Source: an uncultured Gammaproteobacteria bacterium (lineage in GTDB: Bacteria > Patescibacteriota > Patescibacteriia > CAIXNZ01). From it: DNA of 64,000 bases. Every line of letters begins with the position of its first letter. Position 1 is the stretch's first letter. A program made the translations under genes and the position numbers. The DNA lies in the NCBI GenBank assembly GCA_964590345.1, contig CAZPVP010000001.1, forward strand, positions 131,954-195,953. Direction: 5' to 3'. The notes beneath the pieces were generated by a model, which did not search any database, was not told the DNA's origin, and saw nothing but the letters and a program-made list of their open reading frames with translations. Shown here in pieces: positions 1 to 10,200 of the stretch.

Positions 1-719
1 AAAGGGAAAGATGAGGCTATTGGTGACGTATTCATATTAAAAGAAATCATCAATTCATCATTTAACATCGGAATTGTTGATTTAAAACCCTGTTCAGCCT
101 GATATAAAACTTTTTTAGTATAAATTAATTTACCGCCGAAGATTGACTCAATTTCCGAAGTTAATTCATCCAATTCTTCCAAATTATCAGAATAAATTGT
201 CACATATAAAGCAAATTGGAAAAATTTTTCGGTGCCTTGAGTTAAATCATCTCTTAATTTTTCTATATCTTGTAAAGCTGTTTCTACAATTGGATCTCTT
301 GGCGCACCTTTTTCTACATCTGACATTAATTGGGCTTGTAAATTGCCTACCTTTTTTTTCAACTGTTTTAAAATAATTTCTGACTTAACAGGATAAAAAA
401 ACATTGCTACGTCCAAAGTTTTGCTCAAATTAATTATCGGGGTAAACCAACCAACGCTAATATAACGAGGATAATTTAAAACAAAAAGCGTTCTAACATA
501 ATTATCAGCTAACTTTAAAAAACTTGGTTTAATTTCAAAGGCAGCAGGAGCAATTAAATCCTTAATATCAATCACCCCTTTTCTATAAATCCTTTCTTCC
601 TCTAAAGTAATTGCTGCTTCTTTAGCTATTGTTTCTTCTTTAGCCATAGTTTCTTCTGGTGTTGATTTTTTTTCAGCAGCTGTTTCTTTTTTAAATTGTG
701 AAGAAATTGGTAAAGGCAT
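1..719 (-). CDS. VirB4/TraE-like type IV secretion ATPase, N-terminal part (runs off window start)
   Basis: Not in ORF track. Manual translation from ATG at 719: MPLPISSQ...DLIAPAAFEIKPSFLKLADNYVRTLFVLNYPRYISVGWFTPIINL...RDPIVETALQDIEKLRDDLTQGTEKFFQFALYVTI...EQGFKSTIP...NMNTSPIASSFPF. Resembles the N-terminus of CPR/Gram-positive VirB4-like ATPases; lies downstream of PrgI. Walker motifs are outside the window. Confidence 0.8.
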   Translation of the reverse strand, partial: MPLPISSQFKKETAAEKKSTPEETMAKEETIAKEAAITLEEERIYRKGVIDIKDLIAPAAFEIKPSFLKLADNYVRTLFVLNYPRYISVGWFTPIINLSKTLDVAMFFYPVKSEIILKQLKKKVGNLQAQLMSDVEKGAPRDPIVETALQDIEKLRDDLTQGTEKFFQFALYVTIYSDNLEELDELTSEIESIFGGKLIYTKKVLYQAEQGFKSTIPMLNDELMISFNMNTSPIASSFP

Positions 720-740
720 TTTGAAATAAAATAATAATTA

Positions 741-1394
741 TTATCTTGCTATATCTAACTTGCTAATATCGCGTAATTTTTGATTTTGTGCGGTTTTGGG
801 ATTATAAGTATTATAATAAAGCTCTATTAAACCTTGGGTATCCAAAACTGCTGTATCTAAACCTAATGATTTTAAGCTTGATTGTACATTAGCAATTCTT
901 AAATTTAATTCCTCTTTATATTCCAAAAATTTTTCTCGTTTAAGTTTAATTAACTGTCCAGATTTTAAAGTTTCTTTAAATCTTCCCCAAAAATTTTTAG
1001 CCTTAAATCCTGTTGGATTATAAGGTATAACTATAAAAAAATTTTTATTCATTATTTCGCCAATTTCAATTAATTCCTGAATATAATCCAAATAACCAGC
1101 AATTTGAACCCTTAACAGCTCATTAGTCTGTTTTTTATATGCTTCTCTCAATCGCTTTAGATAATCTTCTACATCAAGCTTTCTTGATTGTATAACTATT
1201 TGCAACGGATGATCTAATGTATTTAAAAATTCCATATAACTACCAATCAAAGCATTTTGCTCATCTTCAGATTTTAAGGCAAAGTTAATACTAGAACATA
1301 AAATTACCGCCCTTAATGTCCCGTCTTTAAGAATCACTGTATCCTCCTTAATTTCTGCTATATCCAAATATTTTTGAGTTGAAACTTTGGCCAT
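741..1394 (-). CDS. Conserved T4SS-locus protein (TraC/VirB4 N-terminal-like)
   Basis: STQKYLDIAEIKEDTVILKDG...SSINFALKSEDEQNA...FLNTL...QIVIQSRKLD motifs; position between PrgI and VirB4-like genes. Confidence 0.65.
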   Translation of the reverse strand: MAKVSTQKYLDIAEIKEDTVILKDGTLRAVILCSSINFALKSEDEQNALIGSYMEFLNTLDHPLQIVIQSRKLDVEDYLKRLREAYKKQTNELLRVQIAGYLDYIQELIEIGEIMNKNFFIVIPYNPTGFKAKNFWGRFKETLKSGQLIKLKREKFLEYKEELNLRIANVQSSLKSLGLDTAVLDTQGLIELYYNTYNPKTAQNQKLRDISKLDIAR

Positions 1395-1493
1395 TACTAT
1401 AAATTTAATTATTAGTCAAAAACCGCTAATTTCTATTCATATTAAAATCTGTATGCTTCTCTGAATAAAAATCATTGGTTAATTTTTGTATTA

Positions 1494-1913
1494 TTATTCT
1501 TCTTCTTTATAAGCACCGCCAGTATTAACCACCAATGCTAAAGAAGAAAGCCGAGAAGTAGGCAGCGGTTCTTTTTTTATGAATTCTTTTTCAACTTCAG
1601 CTTTCTCTTTAGGGGGGAGAGATTTTACTTTTTCTTTCTTCCAAATTCTTAAACTGGGTCGTCTTAATGTTTGAATAATATTCAAAAAAAAGAAATGAAA
1701 AGGCATACCATTGACTTTAAAAAAAGCAAAAACGCCAAAAATAACAGTCACTATAACAACAACAACAACAAAAGTATTAAAATAAAAAATTTTATAAAAA
1801 ATAAAATCAAGCATACCAGCCACCAGCATAATTAAAAATTGTCTAGTCGTTATTGAGCCGATAATCTTGCTCTCAACATCAATAAATTGTGGCACTAAAA
1901 ATTGATCCGGCAT
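1494..1913 (-). CDS. PrgI family membrane protein (VirB3-like)
   Basis: QFLVPQFIDVESKIIGSITTRQF motif, two TM helices, then KVNGMPF...W. Confidence 0.8.
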   Translation of the reverse strand: MPDQFLVPQFIDVESKIIGSITTRQFLIMLVAGMLDFIFYKIFYFNTFVVVVVIVTVIFGVFAFFKVNGMPFHFFFLNIIQTLRRPSLRIWKKEKVKSLPPKEKAEVEKEFIKKEPLPTSRLSSLALVVNTGGAYKEEE

Positions 1914-1916
1914 AAC

Positions 1917-3329
1917 TTAATATTTTAATTTTTTATTCAAATCCATAATTGCTTTAAATTCATCTAAAGAAAAGGTGTCTTTATCCTCAACGATTTTTTC
2001 AAATGATTTTCCTTCCTTAATTGCCTGATTCATGATATCAGCATAAATTTTATAAAGTGGGCTGCTTTTCAAAGCCTTAATCCCCTGCACTCTTTTAGCA
2101 ATTGACTCATCCTCCAAAAGATCCAGTTTAACTATTATTTTATTAACTGCTTCTTGAGGATCTTTGGACAGCCGACGAAAATCTTCTGTCTTAAAAACTG
2201 ACAATTCTTCAATCGGACCAACTAATTTTCTTGTAAATTTAACATCTTCAACTTTTGGCCTGCCTTCTGCTCCCTGATCAATTTTTTTAATTAAAGGCTG
2301 ATTAATTTCTTCTTGGCTTGATTCAGCTGGCTCTGGTTCAGCTGGCTCTGGTTCAGCTGGCTGTGATGCTGTTGATTGAGCTTGGGCTGAATCAGATTGC
2401 GGCGAACCAGATGGCTGAAAATTTGACTCGTTTTTTTCCTTTTCTATTGCTGGCGCTGGCGGAGCCAATTCCTCTTTGCTTTCCAAAAATTCTTCTTTTT
2501 CCTCAATTACCTCGGCCAATTCTTCTTTTTTGGGATGCACCCTTTCCTTGTCACCTAATTCTCTTTTTATTGCCTCTTTTTTGGCTAATTCTTCAAATTC
2601 CACCCCTCCTTTTTCTCTCTCAAGCAACTGATCAATAGTCACGTCTTCAGTAATTTTTTCTTTTTCTTGAGGAAGCTTAACTTTTGCTTCAACATCTATT
2701 TCTTCTTCTTCTGGCACTTTTTTTCTAAAGCTTGCCTCTTCTTTTTCTAATTCTTGAGTTATTAAATTAAGAACATCAATCCCCCTTTGAGCGTATTTTG
2801 TTTTTTTTCTTTTTAAAATATTAATTAAATCTTGAGCTTCTTGCTGATCAAAATCCAAACCGCCGACTTTATGGCTCTTGCTTAACACGGCTATTGTTTC
2901 ACTATCATCCCTTACATCACGGAACCAATTAAAAATAATATTTTCAAATCTTTTTTCAAATTTTTCATTAATTTTCAAATTGGCTTCTTTTTTTATTTCT
3001 TTAATGATTTCTTGCAAATTATTTTTTTCCTTATTTTCAGCTTTTGTTTCACTTTCTTCTGCTGCTTTTTGCGCTTCTTTGGGCAACAAAGGCAAAATTT
3101 TATCTATTAAATCATAAACAAAATCCAAAGCCACTGAAAAATCAAGATTAGCTTTTTCTTCTAATTCGCTGGCTAAATCATTTTTTTCTATTGCCCCCCC
3201 CAAATAATCTTCTATTGCTCCTATAATAATCTCCTCTTTCTTTTCTTCAATTTCATATTTTTTAAATAATCCCTCTATTTCAGTAGCAACATCTATCTCG
3301 TTTAAATATTTTTTGATTTTATTTGGCAT
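1917..3329 (-). CDS. Hypothetical acidic protein of the T4SS-like locus
   Basis: 470-aa ORF tightly spaced in operon; low-complexity Pro/Glu linker; folded-looking N- and C-terminal parts. Confidence 0.75.
   Translation of the reverse strand: MPNKIKKYLNEIDVATEIEGLFKKYEIEEKKEEIIIGAIEDYLGGAIEKNDLASELEEKANLDFSVALDFVYDLIDKILPLLPKEAQKAAEESETKAENKEKNNLQEIIKEIKKEANLKINEKFEKRFENIIFNWFRDVRDDSETIAVLSKSHKVGGLDFDQQEAQDLINILKRKKTKYAQRGIDVLNLITQELEKEEASFRKKVPEEEEIDVEAKVKLPQEKEKITEDVTIDQLLEREKGGVEFEELAKKEAIKRELGDKERVHPKKEELAEVIEEKEEFLESKEELAPPAPAIEKEKNESNFQPSGSPQSDSAQAQSTASQPAEPEPAEPEPAESSQEEINQPLIKKIDQGAEGRPKVEDVKFTRKLVGPIEELSVFKTEDFRRLSKDPQEAVNKIIVKLDLLEDESIAKRVQGIKALKSSPLYKIYADIMNQAIKEGKSFEKIVEDKDTFSLDEFKAIMDLNKKLKY
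2322..2362. repeat. 15-bp coding tandem repeat (about 2.7 copies) encoding PAEPE units
   Basis: TTCAGCTGGCTCTGG repeated; protein QPAEPEPAEPEPAE. Confidence 0.85.
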
Positions 3330-3345
3330 AATTTATACTTTTTAT

Positions 3346-4377
3346 CTATAAAGGCCTTTCAAATAATAAACCGGCTTCAATTGCTAACAAGCTTTTTTTT
3401 ACAATATCACTAATTTTAGCCAAAATTTCATTATTAATTTCTTTGTTAGCTAATACTTCACTGGCATTAGTCAGGGCTTTTTCATAATAGTCTAATTTTG
3501 CTTCATTTAATTTCGCGTTTTTGGCTAACAATTTCTTCTGATAAGCTTTTAAAATACTGTTTGCTTTAAAAACGGCCTTTTTTAATAACTCCAAATTACT
3601 TTTATCTACCTTTTCTTTTAATTCCATAACCTTTTTAATCTCTTTGGGCCAAGTAAAATCTTTAGCTTCTCCTTGTTCAACTTTTATTAATTCTAATTCA
3701 GCCAAAATATCTCGATGCAAAACTTTTTGCACTGCCAAGTATTTTTCTCGAGCTTCTACAAATTTAACTAAATCTTCGGCCAAATCCAAGACCTTGTCTT
3801 CAGCTATTCCCTTATTTATCAACTTAACTTTCAATTTTTTTATTTTTTCTTCGCGATCCATTAATTCACCTGTTGCATAAACAAAATCACTCGGAGCTAA
3901 AATAGGATCTTCGGCTAAAATTTGATTTATCTCTTGCGCATCAATAATATCAGGGGGAGGAAATGAAAAATCAGGCGCTTCAGGCATTGTTTCATTATTT
4001 AAAAACCATTTTTTGCTTTCCTGATAATTTGAATTTAATTGGTCAAGGTTCATTACGTTTACTTGGGGCAAACTAGGCAATTTTTTAGACAGCTCTATTT
4101 TTTTCTGAACATTTTCTTTCAATTCCTTGGGCACCAAATTTTCATAAATTGAATGTAATTTTAAGCCAACGTTAATAGCCAAATTTTGATCCAATTTTAA
4201 TCGCTTTTCTAATTCATTGCTTAAAGCAAATAAAATTATTTTGCCTTCAAGTAAATCTTTAAAAATATCCTTAATTAAATCCTGTTTTGGGGCTGAAATT
4301 TTATATTTTTGAAATACTTTTTTTAAAGCTTTTTGAAAATCTTGAGAATTTAAAAATTCTTTTATCGCTTTATCCAT
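3346..4377 (-). CDS. Hypothetical helical protein; N-terminal domain similar to that of 1917..3329
   Basis: 343-aa ORF in operon context; shared KY..., ELE.....LD...A pattern. Confidence 0.7.
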   Translation of the reverse strand: MDKAIKEFLNSQDFQKALKKVFQKYKISAPKQDLIKDIFKDLLEGKIILFALSNELEKRLKLDQNLAINVGLKLHSIYENLVPKELKENVQKKIELSKKLPSLPQVNVMNLDQLNSNYQESKKWFLNNETMPEAPDFSFPPPDIIDAQEINQILAEDPILAPSDFVYATGELMDREEKIKKLKVKLINKGIAEDKVLDLAEDLVKFVEAREKYLAVQKVLHRDILAELELIKVEQGEAKDFTWPKEIKKVMELKEKVDKSNLELLKKAVFKANSILKAYQKKLLAKNAKLNEAKLDYYEKALTNASEVLANKEINNEILAKISDIVKKSLLAIEAGLLFERPL

Positions 4378-4404
4378 ATAAAATAATCTTAATTAAAAAT
4401 CATT

Positions 4405-7197
4405 CTATCCCTCGCCTTCTTGCTCTCCCTCCTCTTCCTTACCTGCCAATATATTGAAACTCCTAATTTCTGTAATTAAACGGTTTATTTCATTTTGCAT
4501 TGCTTCTCTGTTATCAGCCTTTCTGTATTCGTCTAAATTATCCCTTGCTTCATTTATTCTGCTTTCGTCAACCTTTACACCAGATTCTTTTAATTTATCC
4601 ATATAACCTTCTAATTGACGAAAAATGCTTTCTACTTGAAAACCTGCATCTTTTGTTGGTGTTTCAGCTTTAGAAATAACAGATAAGCTGGTATTTAAAT
4701 TATTTACTACATTATTAGAAACACTTCTAATATCTCCAGCTTGTTTTCGATCATAAGGAAACAAATTCCTTTCTCTTTCTTTAAAAGCGTCCATATCCTC
4801 TCGCTCTGCTGCTTCAGGGACAGTTGGCGGTGATGGAGGACCAACAGCTTGAATCTTATCCTTTATATTACTATTAAGCCGGCTGGGGTCCAAAGCTGTA
4901 AAGCCCTGCCCTTGACTGCCTTGTACTGGCCGGCCCGAAGCATCATATTCAGTAGTTAATTTGGCTCTTAAATTATTCAACTGAGCTAACTCTTGGTCAT
5001 CAATCAAATCCCGATCAGCAGTCGGATCAAATTCCTTATAATGTTCTAAGGCAGCTTTGCGATAATCTTCATGGCTTTCATCAGGTTTTCTGCGGCGGTA
5101 AACATCTTCTGCTAATTGAGCGCTGTCTTCAGTTAAAGTCGTCACTCTTTTTTCTTCACCGGTTATTGGATCGCGCTCTACTCTTTCTTCAGTTTCAAGC
5201 ATATCTTTTCTGGCATCACTTGAAGACACAATAAAATCTAATTTTTTAACCAGTCTATTGCGTGCCGGACCAGCTAAACTGCCAATAAATTGATTATTAG
5301 CTGCGCCGGTTAACTCTGCTACAGCATGTTTTTGCTGACGATTAATATCTTCTTGCCAAACTTGGCGGTCAGGATTCTTTTGCCAATTTTCCCGAGCTGC
5401 GCGCGCTTTTTCATCGCCAGCTGGATCACCAACACGAGGGGCATCAGGCACTTCACCAGGATTACCAAAGCCAACCCTGTTTGCTTGCTGGACAAAGCGG
5501 TCTTTTTGCGAATTTTTAACAAAATTCTTAACTTCAGAAAAATCATCGCGAGCCTGAAGTGTTTGCGTATCCGGATCCCAGCGCAAAGGAGAAACTGGCA
5601 CTCTGCTGCCTCCTGCCTGTTCATTTTTCCTTTCTAAATTTTCGCCAAAATCAATTTGTTCTGGCTCATTCATTTTTTTAAACATCCCGCCGCGACGCAT
5701 TTGGGCCACATGAGTAGGATTTAAGGCGCCTTGTTCAGCTAAACCATTGGCAAAAGCTTCCATTTTTGTTCTATCTTTCTGCTTTGCCGCTTTTTTCAAT
5801 CCTCGGCTCATAGCAACAGGGTCCTGATACTGGCCCGTCTTTTTTAATTCCTTTAACATGCCTTCTGATTGCTTCCTTTGAACTTGTCTTTTATCTAATG
5901 GTGTGCCGCTTAAAAAGGACCCAACCCTGGCCTTGCCACGCTCATAAGCTTCTCTTCTACCTCTTTTTGTTGCTAAACGCGCCGGACCGCCACGCCGATA
6001 AGCTCTTTGACCCATTCGCGCCATAGTCGGTCTAACGGCTTTAGTATAAGGAGCTTTAACCGCTGCTTTTGTGCCTGCCATTCCTCGCCTGGCTGCGCCT
6101 TCCAATTTTCGACCGCCCCAGGCCCTGCCTCGTTTAATTGCGCCGCTTGCCATACCTGAACCAACAACAGAAAACTGCCCGCTATATTGCAAACCAGCAA
6201 CTAATAAAATAGTGCTAATAATAAATGCTAAAATATTATTCCATTTACCAGCGGCAGAAAAAGTGCCTTGGGCTGTTTCTTGCGCCGCTTCTTGGCAATC
6301 AGCTACCTTTATAAAAGCGCAAGGATCTTTAGATAATTGAGCCATGGTCAAAAGTGACAGCCAAAGGAAAAAAGCCAAAAATGGTCCAATCATGCAATAT
6401 TTCATAAACATGCTCCACCAACGTTTTGATACAGATCCTATGCCTGTTTCTTCAAAAACATAAGCAAAAAAAGCCAATGGCGAAAAAACAATTAAAATCC
6501 ACAAAGCTATTATCCTGAAAACCAATTGGACTAAAAAGATTATCATAATTATCACCAATATAGTCGTATAAACTGCGCCCAATATACTGGCGCCAATTGC
6601 CTTGACCGCATCACCACCGCCTGAAACTTCAGCTTGTTCATTAGCTTTAAACCAATCTATCATGCCTGTGCCGCCAAAAATATTGCCTTCAGTAATGCCG
6701 ACAATGGAATTAACAAAAGTCAGCATTACTACCTGGAAAAAATCAATAATTATACCGCAAATAGTTCTGCTAAAATTAACTAAAATAGCCATAATCAAAA
6801 GCTTGCCTAAAAGCTTGTTCCATTGATATTTCTCTATTTTTAAAACAGTAACAAAAGCAATAAAAAGCAAACCCAGAATAAAAAACATATTAACTATATC
6901 GCGCATCATTTTCCAGCCATCTTTTACAAAAGGAGAATTAATAAAATCATTATATTGAGCAACAATGACAACCCCTTTCATAATTAAAACTAATAAATTA
7001 CCGCAAATCCAAATCCAAACCTTAACTAAAAAATTTATGCCCGCAACCATCCAGGTCAGAACATGACCAGTCCATTTAGAGGCTTCTTCTGCCGCCCAAA
7101 CTGTTTCAACATTAAAAAACAAACAGGCAATTACAACTAAAAAAACTGCTATCATTAAACTGGCTAAAATTTTTTTATTTTGAAATTTTTTCAGCAT
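4405..7197 (-). CDS. VirB6/TrbL-like polytopic membrane protein with long soluble C-terminal tail
   Basis: Multiple TM helices; GWKMMRDIVNMFFI, LVNFSRTICGIIID, RIIALWILIVFSPLAF and WW motifs typical of CPR VirB6-like proteins. Confidence 0.75.
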   Translation of the reverse strand: MLKKFQNKKILASLMIAVFLVVIACLFFNVETVWAAEEASKWTGHVLTWMVAGINFLVKVWIWICGNLLVLIMKGVVIVAQYNDFINSPFVKDGWKMMRDIVNMFFILGLLFIAFVTVLKIEKYQWNKLLGKLLIMAILVNFSRTICGIIIDFFQVVMLTFVNSIVGITEGNIFGGTGMIDWFKANEQAEVSGGGDAVKAIGASILGAVYTTILVIIMIIFLVQLVFRIIALWILIVFSPLAFFAYVFEETGIGSVSKRWWSMFMKYCMIGPFLAFFLWLSLLTMAQLSKDPCAFIKVADCQEAAQETAQGTFSAAGKWNNILAFIISTILLVAGLQYSGQFSVVGSGMASGAIKRGRAWGGRKLEGAARRGMAGTKAAVKAPYTKAVRPTMARMGQRAYRRGGPARLATKRGRREAYERGKARVGSFLSGTPLDKRQVQRKQSEGMLKELKKTGQYQDPVAMSRGLKKAAKQKDRTKMEAFANGLAEQGALNPTHVAQMRRGGMFKKMNEPEQIDFGENLERKNEQAGGSRVPVSPLRWDPDTQTLQARDDFSEVKNFVKNSQKDRFVQQANRVGFGNPGEVPDAPRVGDPAGDEKARAARENWQKNPDRQVWQEDINRQQKHAVAELTGAANNQFIGSLAGPARNRLVKKLDFIVSSSDARKDMLETEERVERDPITGEEKRVTTLTEDSAQLAEDVYRRRKPDESHEDYRKAALEHYKEFDPTADRDLIDDQELAQLNNLRAKLTTEYDASGRPVQGSQGQGFTALDPSRLNSNIKDKIQAVGPPSPPTVPEAAEREDMDAFKERERNLFPYDRKQAGDIRSVSNNVVNNLNTSLSVISKAETPTKDAGFQVESIFRQLEGYMDKLKESGVKVDESRINEARDNLDEYRKADNREAMQNEINRLITEIRSFNILAGKEEEGEQEGEG

Positions 7198-7212
7198 TTT
7201 AAAAAAATAAAT

Positions 7213-10200
7213 TTATGGACTAGACGCGCCACCTTCAGGTGATGAATTGCCTTCATGTTTGCAAACATCGCCATTCCAAGAACAACCAATTTTGTTTTCA
7301 CACTCTGTTTCATCTTTATAATAAGCGCAGGTATCAATCAAAAAAGGATAATAAGTCAAGCAAGCATAGGGTTGATAATCAGAAGTCGTTTCATAAAAAT
7401 CCTGGTAAATCCCGTCATAAAGCGGATTTGAAGTATCAAATTCTAAACACATACCTTCAAGGCCAAAGATTGCTTTTCTATTTTCTATATCTTTACAATT
7501 TGCGAGTTCTTCAGGATTGTCCGGATCATAATATGGATTACAGTCAGATGCCTTACTGCAAACTTGCCCCTTTGCTTCTTCAGGCATGGTACAAATTTTT
7601 GCCGGTGAATCACCTAAAGGAAAATAAGTTGTATAACCTCCTGCTTTAACTTGTTCATAAGAACAAGCAGTACCAATATCTTTTAAGTCTACAGATTGAC
7701 TATATAAATTCGGTATATCTTTATATTCTTGCTCTTCTGATAATTGATAAGGCAAGGGTGCGTTCTGTTCAGGGAATATTTTACAAATTGCTTCTGTATA
7801 ACGTTCATCTGCTGTCCTGCCCAATTTATTCAAATGAAAATATTGTTCAAATTCTTTATCATTTAACTCTGTCTCTAAAGGGAAACGATTAGGGATAGTA
7901 TAACCAGAGTAATCACCTGCGCGCCATTGCGTTAACTGCGTTAACGGGCCTATGCCGAAACGATAAATATAACCTTCTTTGTTATTATAATCGCTTATTC
8001 TTTTTATTGTCATTGGCTCTTCTTGCAAACTATATCGTACATTATCTTTTGGTGCTCTAACTAACTCGCCTCCCTGCCATTCAGTTAATAATCTAACGCA
8101 TTCACTGGCTTCGCGTTCAGCGCACAAATTAACTTGCTGACAAAAACCATTTTCGTCTTTTTCTGTGCAAACGGCCCATTGCTCACAATTACGGTCCTTT
8201 GAAACTTTTATTGTCTCAAAATTATTATTTGCTGTATTTAAAAATTCTACACAGCCATTATTCCAATCAACTTCTGTACAGCTTGACCTGTCAACATTAA
8301 CTCCTAAATCTATAACATAATAACTGTCTTCTGTATTGTCTTTGACTTCAACCTGGTCATAAATTATATAAGAATCGGGGCAGTTGTTTTTTTCAGCGCT
8401 TTTATTCCCATTAAGCGGGGCATATAAGATTAAATTGAAATCAAGCAAATCATCAAATTCGTTCCATGTAAGATCCTCTTCTTCGCAGCTTTTTTGAGAT
8501 TTATAATCAGAATTTTCACACTCACCAAGCGGCACCGAATATAAAATTTCTACTTTTTTCCAGTCAGTTTCAGCTGTATAAATAATTGGTTCGGCTCCCC
8601 TTTCTGAATCAACCGGCCTAAATTCAAAAGCTGCTTCTGGCATTGGGCAATCATTGCCCACGCCTTTTGAATCTTCATTCATTTTATAATAAAAAGAAAT
8701 TTTATAAGCTTTACCTTTTTCTAAACGGACAAGTTTTTGGCTAATACCATAAGGGGGGGCTTCACATTCTTCATATAAAGGCGTACTTGGGCAATCTTGA
8801 GCAGTTTCTTTTATTAATTTAATAGCTGTTTCACCGGCCTGGACATCATCTATTTCTTTATCCTGGCTGCCAGAACTAGCCGCTACAGTCACCCAATTTG
8901 ACAAACCACCAGTCGGATCACGGGTTTCAAAACCACCGTTAAAGACAAAATTAGGATTAATATCTAAAAATTCAGTGCAACCATTCCATTCTTCACTGCA
9001 TTTTCCGACATAACCTTTATATTTATTTGCCTCATAAACTTTATAAATACTAAACGGATAAGCTAAACATTGAGAATTAAGCCATTCGCCTCTTTTTAAC
9101 AAACAGGTTTCTTCATCTTTTATTTCAGGCAAAATTAAAGTGCATTGATCATATTTTTCACTCCACTCTCCGCCATTATCTTGACAATCCTCTATATTAT
9201 CAAAAAGCAAGCCGCCACAGCCAAGTTTAGGATTGCCTTTTTTAAACCAGCCTTCAACCTTTTGACCATTAATTAAATTTTGCTTATACTCGCAAAGTTT
9301 GGTTGGCTCAATTTTATAATACTCTGAAACACCCTCTTCATTAATTAATTCCGTACAACCTAAAGCGTCATGATTGCATAAAATGGCGTCTGGCACATTA
9401 ACATATTTGTCCGGATTATTCTTTAAATAAACTTCTTGAAAAGTTATATTCTCTACATCTTCAAAGTTTGGCTTGCCTAAACGCTGACAACCTTTATCAT
9501 TATCAGAACAGCTATAATTATCATTCAAAACTAAAGTGGTTAATTCATCTTCAGCTACTGAATAATCATCCAAAGGCGAGGCATTCTCATTATTAAAAGT
9601 CTGGCCATGTGGATTGACTGAATTTTTAGTATCAACTAAAATTTGACAACCGACTGCGCTTTCTCTACATAGATTAGTAAACGATCTAAGATAATGAGTC
9701 TGTCCTAAAATATCCTCATAAGCTTGACAACCTATCATTTCTCCCTTTTTAAATACGCCGTAAAATGTTCTATCACAGCTGTCTGGCGTTGACCAACTAT
9801 CTTTAATAGCATAAACATTATCTTTAACCACTTTTAATAAAATATTATCCAAATAAACTTTATTATCAAGGGAATCAAAGATTAAACTGTTATTTTGCAA
9901 ATCATCCCAGCTAACATAAACCGGCCCTAAAGTATAATTTTGCCAGTCCGTAGTCAATCTTACCGTTTGGTTCTCCAAGGTAGCGAAATTTTCCATGGTT
10001 GTAGCATTACCGTCATCTACTGCTGTGCTAAATCTAACTGCGATTACTTCACCTGCTGGATTGTCAGTCTTTGCCCAAAATGACAAAGTGTATAAATTAC
10101 CCCGTTGAATATCAATAAATTTATGAATACTGTTTACTTCTTGCTGAGGAATCAATAAAGAATGGCCGCCTACTGCTATTGATTCGCCAACTCTAGTTAA

